Source of the DNA: an uncultured euryarchaeote
GTDB taxonomy: Archaea > Thermoplasmatota > Poseidoniia > Poseidoniales > Poseidoniaceae
Assembly: GCA_937892945.1 (NCBI GenBank)
Contig: CALBIL010000073.1
Coordinates: forward strand, 1,470-65,469
Length of the DNA stretch: 64,000 bases
Direction of reading: 5' to 3'
The notes below the pieces were generated by a model. The model searched no databases, had not been told where the DNA came from, and worked only from the letters and a program-made list of their open reading frames with translations. Within the stretch, counting starts at the first letter, position 1; every line of letters starts with the position of its first letter. The position numbers and the translations under genes were made by a program. Positions 27,789 through 36,371 of this stretch are shown here, piece by piece.

Positions 27789-28247
27789 ATGACCGACGAT
27801 GACCTCGTGGCAAAATATGCGGCCGAAGCAAAGGCTGCAATGTCCGCCGAGGCAAGCCGTCGAGTCGATGAGATGACCGACCCTGTTGAAGAAGAACGAT
27901 TACGTTCATCTTCGCTACTCAAATTCATCGGAAAAGATGATTTTGTCCCTGCCTTACTTTCACGCCTCGGTGATGTACGAGCTGCCCTCGACGGGCATGG
28001 GGGCGGCATTGCGGTCTCGGCATTGGGTTGGGGAGAAAGTGATGCTTCTGAACTCGACCTCGTATTGGATTTAACCGGCGCTTGCCTTTCATGTGGTGCC
28101 GCACCTGGCACACTGGAAGGAGTGAAAAGCGACTTAGAAGCGGATAAGGAAATTTTCCGAATACGCTTTTCTTCCGCTCTTCTTGACACATTTGACGAAT
28201 TAGGGCGAGAATTTATTCTCGCACACGGGGCAGTCGAATTTGTTTGA
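27789..28247 (+). CDS. NifU-C/Nfu-type Fe-S scaffold domain protein
   Basis: 152 aa. The C-terminal half contains ALDGHGGGIAV...LVLDLTGACLSCGAAPGTLEGV, the CxxC Nfu motif. It is divergent from the suf operon and preceded by GAGGAG. Confidence 0.75.
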   Translation: MTDDDLVAKYAAEAKAAMSAEASRRVDEMTDPVEEERLRSSSLLKFIGKDDFVPALLSRLGDVRAALDGHGGGIAVSALGWGESDASELDLVLDLTGACLSCGAAPGTLEGVKSDLEADKEIFRIRFSSALLDTFDELGREFILAHGAVEFV

Positions 28248-28265
28248 ACTATTTCCTTCGGTTGA

Positions 28266-30572
28266 ATGGATGGGTTGAAAGATACGAAGGAAAGGGTCGG
28301 GAGTATGGGAGCATGGACTGAAGGCCGCCGAGAGGACCCTGTTCCATGCCGTGAGGCAGACAAAGGTTTGTTTGAGATTGTCACTCGTGATGGTCGAGCA
28401 CGATTAGGACGCTTACATACCGAGCATGGAATTCTTGAGACACCAGCCTTACTCCCAGTTATCAATCCCAATATCCGAACCATTGAACCCCGAGAAATGT
28501 GGGACAGGTATGGAATTGGAGCCCTGATTACCAATTCATACATTATTTGGAAACACGAAAATCTCAAAGACATCGCAATCGCCGATGGCGTCCACAAACT
28601 CTTGGATTATCCGGGAGTTGTGATGACAGATTCAGGAACGTTCCAGGCATACATCTACGGAGATGTTGAAGTTGGCGTCGAAGAAATTGTTGAATTTCAG
28701 CGAAGCATTGGTGTCGACATCGCCACCATGCTCGATGTATTTTCACGCCCAGACATGACTGAGGCTCAAGTTGCAAAATGTGTTCAAGAAACTATTGAAC
28801 GGGCTCCAGCAAGTGTTGCAGCATCGGGCTCAACAATGCTCAATGGCCCAATCCAAGGCGGATTATTCAAGCACCTACGTACTGAATCGGCTCAAGGCAT
28901 GGCGGGATTTGATTTTGCCATCCACCCAATCGGAGGAATTGTACCGGTAATGGAACGCCATCTCTACAAAGATTATGCTAAGATAGTGTTAGCTTCGCTT
29001 CCACACCTCCCTCCCAACCGACCGGTCCATATGTTCGGTTGTGGACATCCAATGTTGTTCCCGATGTCGATTGCCTTAGGTGCTGACCTCTTCGATTCGG
29101 CCGCCTATGCCCTGTTTGCACGCGACGGCCGATTGTTGACTCCGTGGGGTACACAAAAAATCGAAGCGTTGAACGAATGGCCTGAACGAATGCCTTGCGT
29201 ATCCGCTTGTACGCCAGCAGAAGTTCGTGCATTGAATAAAAAGGAAAAGACTGCACTCCTGGCTCGTTACAACCTTGAAGTGACCTTAGCGGAACTCGAC
29301 CGTTGTAAGCAAGCGATTCGCGATGGAACCATTTGGCGATTAGCAGAGCGACGTAGCCATCAACATCCGGCACTTCGAGAAGCATTTTTGTGGATTTCTA
29401 CAAGCCCTCACAATAAAAAACTCAACTTACAATTCTTAGAAGACCTTGTTCTTGACGACCGTGATGCTGCCCGGGACCGTGACCAAAATGCTGGAAAGTG
29501 GGAGCATGCATGGGATTGGATCGTTGAATCTCAAGAATCTCCTCGGAAAGGCGGTGAGCCGTGGGGCGGTGAAGACACCCATGTCCGACCGCATGTCAAT
29601 GCTGCAAAGAAAGCATTGAAACAACATTGGAAGCCTCAGAAGAGAGAAGGAAAGGGAGCCGATGAAGTGCTGATTGCTTACGGGACATCTGGACCTTGGC
29701 GAGAACGCTTAAGCGACCTCATGCCTCGATTAGAGCATCATTGTCCGGGATTAGAAGTTATGATTCACACACCAATTGGTCTACTCCCCTACTCACTCGA
29801 AGACCTCAATCCGTTCACCCACATAGATGGCCCACAATGGCTTTGGCGACGTCGTCCAAACCTTACATCAATCCGAGAAGAACTCGAAAACTATGGCTTA
29901 GGTGAACGCCGTATAATTCTTGTTGATTTACTGGGCGATGGTATTCAATCCCGAGCCCTTAACGCATTGCATGAAGCAGGCGTTCTTGATGGAATTAAGG
30001 ATACCGATGCAAGTACACAACCCTTAGAAAAGGAACAGAGAGAAGAGGCAAGAAATAATCTCCAACGACGGCATGTCGCCGATAAGATGGTGCTTCTGCT
30101 CAACCTGAAGTACGATGAAGTACAGAATCTTTTGAGAGATTCTACCTTCGTGGTTAACCGATTAGGTCGAGTGAAGAATGCAATGCTTTCAAACGGGACC
30201 CACATCGTCAGTCCGAGGTTGACCGATGGAGGACTTTCACTGACCACCGGTGGAGCAGTCGAAGTTCATGCACTGCGTGAGCATCCCCTCCCCTATAATT
30301 TTGAAAAGAATTCCGGGGAAAGTCATCTTTCAAAAGGTCCAGCTTGGATTGTTGTCAATGATGATGCAGAACCCTTTGTCCGGCAAGGACGGAATGTATT
30401 CCACGGATTTATTCTGGCCTGTGACCCTTGGATTTCACCAGGAGATACCTGCCTCATCGTCAATCAAAAAGGTAAACTCATCGGACATGGGATCTCTCAA
30501 GGCACCCTTGCTGATATGCAACATTTCCAGAAAGGTGTAGCCGTGAAAACCCGTGGCGGAATCACACTGTAA
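28266..30572 (+). CDS. tgtA: archaeosine tRNA-guanine(15) transglycosylase (ArcTGT) with extended C-terminal region and PUA domain
   Basis: 768 aa. It reads FEIVTRDGRARLGRLHTEHGILETPALLPVINP, VMTDSGTFQ and MFGCGHPMLFPMSIALGADLFDSAAY (catalytic Asp context). The PUA-like end reads PAWIVVNDDAEPFVRQGRNVF...PGDTCLIVNQKGKLIGHGISQ...KGVAVK. Confidence 0.88.
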   Translation: MDGLKDTKERVGSMGAWTEGRREDPVPCREADKGLFEIVTRDGRARLGRLHTEHGILETPALLPVINPNIRTIEPREMWDRYGIGALITNSYIIWKHENLKDIAIADGVHKLLDYPGVVMTDSGTFQAYIYGDVEVGVEEIVEFQRSIGVDIATMLDVFSRPDMTEAQVAKCVQETIERAPASVAASGSTMLNGPIQGGLFKHLRTESAQGMAGFDFAIHPIGGIVPVMERHLYKDYAKIVLASLPHLPPNRPVHMFGCGHPMLFPMSIALGADLFDSAAYALFARDGRLLTPWGTQKIEALNEWPERMPCVSACTPAEVRALNKKEKTALLARYNLEVTLAELDRCKQAIRDGTIWRLAERRSHQHPALREAFLWISTSPHNKKLNLQFLEDLVLDDRDAARDRDQNAGKWEHAWDWIVESQESPRKGGEPWGGEDTHVRPHVNAAKKALKQHWKPQKREGKGADEVLIAYGTSGPWRERLSDLMPRLEHHCPGLEVMIHTPIGLLPYSLEDLNPFTHIDGPQWLWRRRPNLTSIREELENYGLGERRIILVDLLGDGIQSRALNALHEAGVLDGIKDTDASTQPLEKEQREEARNNLQRRHVADKMVLLLNLKYDEVQNLLRDSTFVVNRLGRVKNAMLSNGTHIVSPRLTDGGLSLTTGGAVEVHALREHPLPYNFEKNSGESHLSKGPAWIVVNDDAEPFVRQGRNVFHGFILACDPWISPGDTCLIVNQKGKLIGHGISQGTLADMQHFQKGVAVKTRGGITL

Positions 30573-30648
30573 ATTTAATCGAAAACACCTCAATGTGAGG
30601 TATACTTCAAAGAGCGCCTGTACTCTCTTCAATTTGAGGGAGTAGACT

Positions 30649-31659
30649 ATGCAAGACGACCTCATCATCAAAACTACAAATTTGACCAAATCATACGGTC
30701 CTCATATCGCCTTGAATAAGCTCAATATATCCATACCGAAAGGTGCGACAGGATTGCTCGGCCCCAACGGGGCAGGAAAATCCACATTCTTGAAAACAAT
30801 CCTCGGCCTCATTCAAACAACCGAGGGAGAAGGCACTGTCCTTGGACTTGATATTCGCACCCAAGGCGATGCAATTCGTTCACGAATTGGATACATGCCA
30901 GAGTATGATTGCTTAAATCCAGAAATGGAAGCGATTCATCAAGTCCGATATTCGGGTGAGTTACTCGGTATGAATCCCACCGTCGCACTTGCACGTGCGC
31001 ACGAAACACTGCAGTATGTTGGGCTAGGAGAACAGCGCTACCGAAATATCGGAAGTTACTCAACTGGAATGAAGCAGGCAACCAAACTGGCCTGTGCTCT
31101 TGTTCATGACCCGGAATTGATTATTGCCGATGAACCATCGAATGGCCTTGATATTGCCGCTCGTAATTACATGATAGAAACTCTCACAAATACCGTGAAG
31201 GCGGGAAATCGTTCGGTCCTCATGGCTTCGCATTTGATGGAAGATGTCGAACGAGTGTGTGATCATTTTGTCCTTTTGCATAAAGGGAAATTAGCTGCCC
31301 AAGGCCGTATTGAAGACCTCAAAGGCTTTGACCGTGAGATAGAGATTCATGTATGGGGGGGAGCCTCACGCCTCGAAGAAATGATGACTTCACGAGGAAT
31401 GAAGGTTCGAAGAGAGGGACGAGTTATGCGGATTCTTCACGAACAAGAAGACACGACATCGATGATTCTACGCTGTGCTGCTGATGTCGGAGCCCAAATA
31501 CGTCGAATGCATGAATATGAAGCATCATTGGAAGATTTGTTCCTTTCCATAATGGAAAATCTTGGCTATGAAGTAAAATCAAGTGAAGATTTATTGGCAT
31601 CGCCGTCTCAAGCTCGCAAGGTTGATGCCCCAGAGTACATGGGAGGTGGTTCAGCATGA
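30649..31659 (+). CDS. ABC transporter ATP-binding protein (ABC-2 subfamily type), first copy
   Basis: Walker A GPNGAGKST, signature YSTGMKQ, Walker B LIIADEPSNGLD and the H-loop ASHLM. GAGGGAG lies 6 nt before the ATG. Confidence 0.9.
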   Translation: MQDDLIIKTTNLTKSYGPHIALNKLNISIPKGATGLLGPNGAGKSTFLKTILGLIQTTEGEGTVLGLDIRTQGDAIRSRIGYMPEYDCLNPEMEAIHQVRYSGELLGMNPTVALARAHETLQYVGLGEQRYRNIGSYSTGMKQATKLACALVHDPELIIADEPSNGLDIAARNYMIETLTNTVKAGNRSVLMASHLMEDVERVCDHFVLLHKGKLAAQGRIEDLKGFDREIEIHVWGGASRLEEMMTSRGMKVRREGRVMRILHEQEDTTSMILRCAADVGAQIRRMHEYEASLEDLFLSIMENLGYEVKSSEDLLASPSQARKVDAPEYMGGGSA

Positions 31660-32750
31660 ACTCTCCAGAGGATACCCCCCCACAAGCACCTTTGGACACG
31701 CTACCGGCCGCTTCACAGAGGGCGCCAGAAATGGAGGCGATTCCAAATGAATATGATTCAGCAGCACCCGTTACTGGAAAGATACGTTTGGAAGCAGCTT
31801 GGGGTTCGACAGAAGGTGATGAAGACCTTTCGGCAGCCAACGTTGCACCACCGAAATCTGATGGACAGATCTTCAAACATCAATACAAACAGTGGAATGG
31901 GGTGCTGAATCCTCGTTGGATGCGAAACTGGGCGATTTTGCGCCATCACTTACTCGGCGTGTTCAAAAAGGGACACAGGCCTTGGGGAATGCCAATTCGT
32001 TTGTATCTCTTAGTTGTCTTTATCGCCTCATTATCCGATGTTGGAATGACGTTACTCTCGGGATTAATTGGGGACTCTGGACTGCATTCCATATGGGGTG
32101 TCAATCGTGATAATCTCTACGGCCATGTTCTTGGATTCTTCCCGCGAAATATGCTCTATTACCCCGTTGTTGCTGCTTTACTTGTAGGTGGCGTCATCTC
32201 CGAAGACCGACAACATGGCACCTCTGCACTCTACTTTTCACGCCCCATTACAAGATTTGATTATGTCGGTATGAAGTTCCTTTCTGTTGCCGTTATTCAA
32301 GGGTTGATCATCTTGGTAACACTCGCACTGTACTATTTTGCCGAAATTGCAACAATGGGGCGTGGCTGGGCGTGGATTATTGATACCTTCCCGATGTTCT
32401 TGGCAACTGTAATCAGTGCACTCTTACTGATTTTCACATACACCAGCATCGGACTCGCATTATCCAGCGTCTCTAAGGGCAAATTTTTCCCTGGCATCGC
32501 CTTACTTTCGATTGTCCTCGGTACGAAAGTGTTGGCCTTTATCGTCTCCAACCTCTTTGATCGAGAAATCCTCTATCTTCTCTCCCCGTACGATTGTTTA
32601 GCCCATGTGGGTCAAGCCATTATCGGGACTCAACCAACCTATGACCAATACTCTTGGACCTGGTCGTTAGCGTCAGTTGTAGCCATGAATGCAATCGCAC
32701 TGTATGTCTTGAGCACACGCGTTTCATCGATGGAGGTGACACGAGAATGA
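31656..32750 (+). CDS. ABC-2-type permease-like membrane protein with ~80-aa Pro/acidic N-terminal extension
   Basis: The ATG overlaps the upstream stop (ATGA at 31656..31659). After the soluble N-terminus there are about 6 hydrophobic segments (LYLLVVFIASL, YYPVVAALLVGGVI, VAVIQGLIILVTLALYYF, FPMFLATVISALLLIF, ALLSIVLGTKVLAFIV, VVAMNAIALYVL). Confidence 0.65.
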   Translation: MNSPEDTPPQAPLDTLPAASQRAPEMEAIPNEYDSAAPVTGKIRLEAAWGSTEGDEDLSAANVAPPKSDGQIFKHQYKQWNGVLNPRWMRNWAILRHHLLGVFKKGHRPWGMPIRLYLLVVFIASLSDVGMTLLSGLIGDSGLHSIWGVNRDNLYGHVLGFFPRNMLYYPVVAALLVGGVISEDRQHGTSALYFSRPITRFDYVGMKFLSVAVIQGLIILVTLALYYFAEIATMGRGWAWIIDTFPMFLATVISALLLIFTYTSIGLALSSVSKGKFFPGIALLSIVLGTKVLAFIVSNLFDREILYLLSPYDCLAHVGQAIIGTQPTYDQYSWTWSLASVVAMNAIALYVLSTRVSSMEVTRE

Positions 32751-33739
32751 TTCCGGATTTTGACCAACAAGGAAAGGCCCAAACCAAAGAATGGGTGCCG
32801 GAAATAACTGCACCTGCAATACTTTTGGAAAATGTATCAAAAAGTTATGGAAGAATCTTCGCTTTGTCAAACATCACATTGGCATTGAACGGAGGAGTCA
32901 CGGGTGTTTTAGGGATGAATGGAGCAGGAAAGTCAACTTTGTTCAATTTGCTCATGGGTAAAATCAAAGTAAGCCAAGGCACCATCAAATTATTTGGTAC
33001 TGACCCTTGGAAAAACCCTGCCCCCTATGCACGTGTGGGCTTTGTGCCTGAGCATGAAAATATGTATGATTGGATGACTGGCCATGGATTTGTTTCTACC
33101 TTTGCTCGACTCAATGGACTGACCCGAGACGAAGCAAGTATTGAGGCAGACAGGGTCTTGGAATTTGTCGGATTAACCGATGTAGCACACAAGAAAATTG
33201 GACAATTTTCCAAAGGCATGCGTCAACGGGTAAAGATTGCTCATGCCTTGGTAAATGATCCTGATTTGATTATTCTTGACGAACCACTCCAAGGCTGTGA
33301 CCCTCTTGCCCGAACAACCATCATGAATGTCATTCGAGAACTCGGACGAATGGGACGTACAGTACTTGTTAGCAGCCATATTTTACAAGAAATCGAACGT
33401 ATTACTGAACAGATTGTGATTCTGCATCAAGGAAGACTGCTCGCGTTGGGCAATCTGCATTCTATTCGAGAACGCCTCGACCAAATCCCTCACCGGATTT
33501 CCATTCAATCGGATAACCCAAAAGAATTAGCAAAGGATGTCATCGATATCGATGAAGTGTTCGGCATCTCTTTCCCAGACGGTAAAAATCTCTCAATTCA
33601 AACACATAATCTGGGGGCGATTCATTCACAACTCCCTCGAATCATTGTCGAGAATAACCACAAAGTTTCAACCATTGATAATCCAGATGACGATTTAGCT
33701 TCAATTTTGAATTACCTCACTTCAGGGAGCGGGCTGTGA
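32747..33739 (+). CDS. ABC transporter ATP-binding protein, second copy
   Basis: ORF 32654..33739. The internal ATG at 32747 overlaps the upstream stop (ATGA). Walker A GMNGAGKST, signature FSKGMRQR, Walker B LIILDEPLQGCD and the H-loop SSHIL. Confidence 0.9.
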   Translation: MIPDFDQQGKAQTKEWVPEITAPAILLENVSKSYGRIFALSNITLALNGGVTGVLGMNGAGKSTLFNLLMGKIKVSQGTIKLFGTDPWKNPAPYARVGFVPEHENMYDWMTGHGFVSTFARLNGLTRDEASIEADRVLEFVGLTDVAHKKIGQFSKGMRQRVKIAHALVNDPDLIILDEPLQGCDPLARTTIMNVIRELGRMGRTVLVSSHILQEIERITEQIVILHQGRLLALGNLHSIRERLDQIPHRISIQSDNPKELAKDVIDIDEVFGISFPDGKNLSIQTHNLGAIHSQLPRIIVENNHKVSTIDNPDDDLASILNYLTSGSGL

Positions 33740-35070
33740 TGGCGAGGAAACCTGACAGTATATATCGAGCCTTTGACCGTAAGGCTTCAGCCATTGTCGA
33801 ATTCACCCTCCGTCAATACCGTACCAAGAAATCCACTTGGGTTGTACTTGGTGTTGGATTTATAGCATTAGCATTAATATTTTTAATCTATATTGATGTG
33901 ATGAGTTCTGAATTTGAATCGATTGATAATGATGGAGATTCTACCGATTATGATAATGATGGATACCCAAGGGGTCAAGAGATTCGTTTAGGCACTGACC
34001 CTTGGGATAGTGAATCTCACCCAGGATTATTTGACACTCCAATTGAACCTGAACCCGCATCGATGTATATCAATGAAGATGATTTTGACTGGGACATTAC
34101 ATCCAAACTCGGAACCCAAACAACAGGCATCGATGATGATGGTGACTGTTTGAACTCAAACAAAACGAGTTCACAAAAAGATACCAATAACAACGGCATA
34201 CCATGTGACATTATTGTCGAATATTTTAAGTCTTCAGATGGCAATGTGTACACCTTTGTTTCCGCAGACTCTGGCGTTGATGAAGACCCTGATGAAGATG
34301 CATATTCACGTGAAGCTATTCACTTGGCATTTGTACTGTCTATCGGGAAATTAGGTTTTGTACTCCTTCTAGGAATATTCTTGCCCTTGTTCATGGCTAC
34401 GGGTCTCATACGTGATGAGATGACATCGGGCACAATGCATTTTATGCTCGCAAAACCAATTGCTCGTTCCGAAGTTTTTCTTTACCGTACATTGGGATAC
34501 CTCGGCATCGTTTGGCCATATGTGATCGTTCTTGGAATCCTCGGAGCTCTTATTTCGGGTTTTGTAGGTTCAGGAGATGCTTTCTTCCGATTCGCAGACC
34601 TCGGCGTTTGGCTCGCCATTATTTTTGCAACAATGATGGCAACACTCGTGTACGGGATGTTATTCAATGCACTTGGAGTTCTATGGAAATACGGAATTAT
34701 TCTTGCCATACCATTTGCAGCATGGGAATTGGGTATGGCCTTGCTTTCAATGGGTGCACCAGATGCTTTTTTACTGAGGTTTTCGGTCATCGGATGGGCA
34801 CTAATGATTGTTGATTCTGCTGCAATGTTAGTTTGGCCAAATATCGATTTGTTCATCCTCATGGGCAACTGGGGCGGTGGTGGAGATGGGGGATGGAGTT
34901 TTGATTCTTCACTCGAAGGTTCCGCACCGCTCGATTTCTTTTCATCAAAGCCTGGCCTCGGCCTTTCACCGTTCTTAGGCGCCATAATTGCCACGTTGGT
35001 CTTGATGTTCCAAGCCGTACTATTCTGGTTTATTGGCGGAGCATTGTTCAAGGGTAAGGAGATTCAATAA
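33739..35070 (+). CDS. ABC-2-type permease-like membrane protein with a large Asp-rich extracytoplasmic loop
   Basis: The ATG at 33739 overlaps the upstream TGA (TGATG). One TM helix is followed by a ~135-aa D/N/G-rich loop (DNDGDSTDYDNDGYPRGQEIRLGTDPWDSES, DDDGDCLN, NNNGIPCD, VDEDPDEDAY) and then about 6 TM helices. Confidence 0.65.
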   Translation: MARKPDSIYRAFDRKASAIVEFTLRQYRTKKSTWVVLGVGFIALALIFLIYIDVMSSEFESIDNDGDSTDYDNDGYPRGQEIRLGTDPWDSESHPGLFDTPIEPEPASMYINEDDFDWDITSKLGTQTTGIDDDGDCLNSNKTSSQKDTNNNGIPCDIIVEYFKSSDGNVYTFVSADSGVDEDPDEDAYSREAIHLAFVLSIGKLGFVLLLGIFLPLFMATGLIRDEMTSGTMHFMLAKPIARSEVFLYRTLGYLGIVWPYVIVLGILGALISGFVGSGDAFFRFADLGVWLAIIFATMMATLVYGMLFNALGVLWKYGIILAIPFAAWELGMALLSMGAPDAFLLRFSVIGWALMIVDSAAMLVWPNIDLFILMGNWGGGGDGGWSFDSSLEGSAPLDFFSSKPGLGLSPFLGAIIATLVLMFQAVLFWFIGGALFKGKEIQ

Positions 35071-36272
35071 TGCCCGAGATGACGAAGTTCGCTGGAGACC
35101 TTTCCAAACTTTGGACGCTTCAAGAACGCCCACCTCTCAACCACCTCACATGGGATTGGTGGTGGTGGTTAGTCATGCTTGATGACCCGGATGGACGACC
35201 GAGTGGTCGCCAACTGATGGTACTCTGGTCGACCAAAGATAACGCTCTGGTTGAGGTCAATGGAATGCCATGGACGCCAGAAGGAAGACCGGGATTTGAT
35301 GCTGAAAAGGCAATGGCATTGGACGGGATGGTATGCGCATGGTGGTTCGATGGAAAGCAAATGCACGAACCTGTTATTCAGCAAATCTGCCGCATTATTT
35401 CACTTCCAGATACCCATTCGAGTTGGCCGAACAAGTCACCCCATTCAGGTCAAGGAGGTGGGGCAGTCGTACCACTTTTGAAAGAAGACCTTTCAATGGG
35501 ACTGATGAGTGATTTGAGTTCCTTTTGGATTCAATTAACGACTGATGAAGATGCGTCTCATCCTCAGGTTCCCAAAAAATTCGACTTGCAACTCACCCCT
35601 TGGAATTCTGCATTATCCACTGCTCGTCAAGCAAGTGCAAGTTATGCCGCAAATATGGGATATGATATTCTGCGATTGCATGGGACTCGAGTCCATGGGA
35701 AATTAGATGATGAAGAAGTTTCAGGAACGGCTTATTTCCAAAAAGTATGCGTTCAAGCCCCTTCTGTCCCTTGGTATTGGGGCATGCTCCACCTCAATGA
35801 TGGAACATACATCGATTGGTTTCTCCCGCATGTATCCTTTACAATCAGTGCGCGTGACAATCGACCTTGGAAACGTCGCGATACCGGTCACCTCGGACTC
35901 TCACAGGGTGGTTTATTCCATGACCCGATCAACAAACGAACTGAACGTTTTACCAAAGTAATTGTGCGGAAAATGGCATCGGAATTAACCGAGGGCGACC
36001 ACGGTCAAACTCCTGGAGCACCTCTACCTCTCTTTGAAATTAAAATGTGGAATGGGCGTACAATTATCGAACTTCGAGTACAGGCGATTGAGCGGGCGCA
36101 TTGGACCTTCAATCAACCAACGCGTGGTGGCTTGAAATCCCATCTCACCTACAATGAATATCCTCTGGAAATGAAATATCTCCGCATCCAGGATGAATTC
36201 GGAACTCGTAAAGAATCCGATTATGAATGGGCAAGAGGAAATGCAGAACATTCATGGGGATTATTGCACTAA
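35070..36272 (+). CDS. AttH/CrtC (hydroxyneurosporene synthase)-like / tocopherol-cyclase-like beta-barrel protein
   Basis: The ATG overlaps the upstream TAA (TAATG at 35068..35072). The N-terminal HLTWDWWWWLVMLDDPDGRPSGRQLMVLW resembles the eWWY..g.l.d.dG...g.q.tfF opening of AttH/CrtC proteins. GTAYFQKVCVQAPSVPWYWGMLHLNDG resembles the G.aY.EKNWG...P..W.W core of tocopherol cyclases. I see no signal peptide. The assignment rests on motif memory only. Confidence 0.5.
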   Translation: MPEMTKFAGDLSKLWTLQERPPLNHLTWDWWWWLVMLDDPDGRPSGRQLMVLWSTKDNALVEVNGMPWTPEGRPGFDAEKAMALDGMVCAWWFDGKQMHEPVIQQICRIISLPDTHSSWPNKSPHSGQGGGAVVPLLKEDLSMGLMSDLSSFWIQLTTDEDASHPQVPKKFDLQLTPWNSALSTARQASASYAANMGYDILRLHGTRVHGKLDDEEVSGTAYFQKVCVQAPSVPWYWGMLHLNDGTYIDWFLPHVSFTISARDNRPWKRRDTGHLGLSQGGLFHDPINKRTERFTKVIVRKMASELTEGDHGQTPGAPLPLFEIKMWNGRTIIELRVQAIERAHWTFNQPTRGGLKSHLTYNEYPLEMKYLRIQDEFGTRKESDYEWARGNAEHSWGLLH

Positions 36273-36371
36273 CCGTAACTTGAAAAGTAATCTTTACTCC
36301 ATCGATAAGATACTCCACAGTGCAAGGTATTATGTGCATGGAGTGCTAGACAAGGAGGAGGAGAGATTGCT

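Noticed and set aside
27701-28597. 298-aa minus-strand ORF spanning the Nfu gene and the ArcTGT start
   Set aside because: The product is Ser/Arg/Pro-rich low complexity with no motifs. It lies entirely antisense to two motif-supported genes, so it is the usual shadow frame.
29400-29950. Intein or mobile insertion as the cause of the extra length of ArcTGT
   Set aside because: There are no intein block motifs (Cys/Ser start, His-Asn-Cys/Ser/Thr end, or LAGLIDADG). The extra sequence is charged linker-like and is continuous with the C-terminal domains.
34482-35051. 189-aa antisense ORF within the second permease. Similar antisense ORFs lie at 42552-43106, 26270-26848, 46116-46625, 10797-11210, 47334-47735 and 56725-57192.
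   Set aside because: All sit opposite genes with strong family motifs. They have low-complexity or Arg/Ser/Cys-rich products typical of shadow frames.
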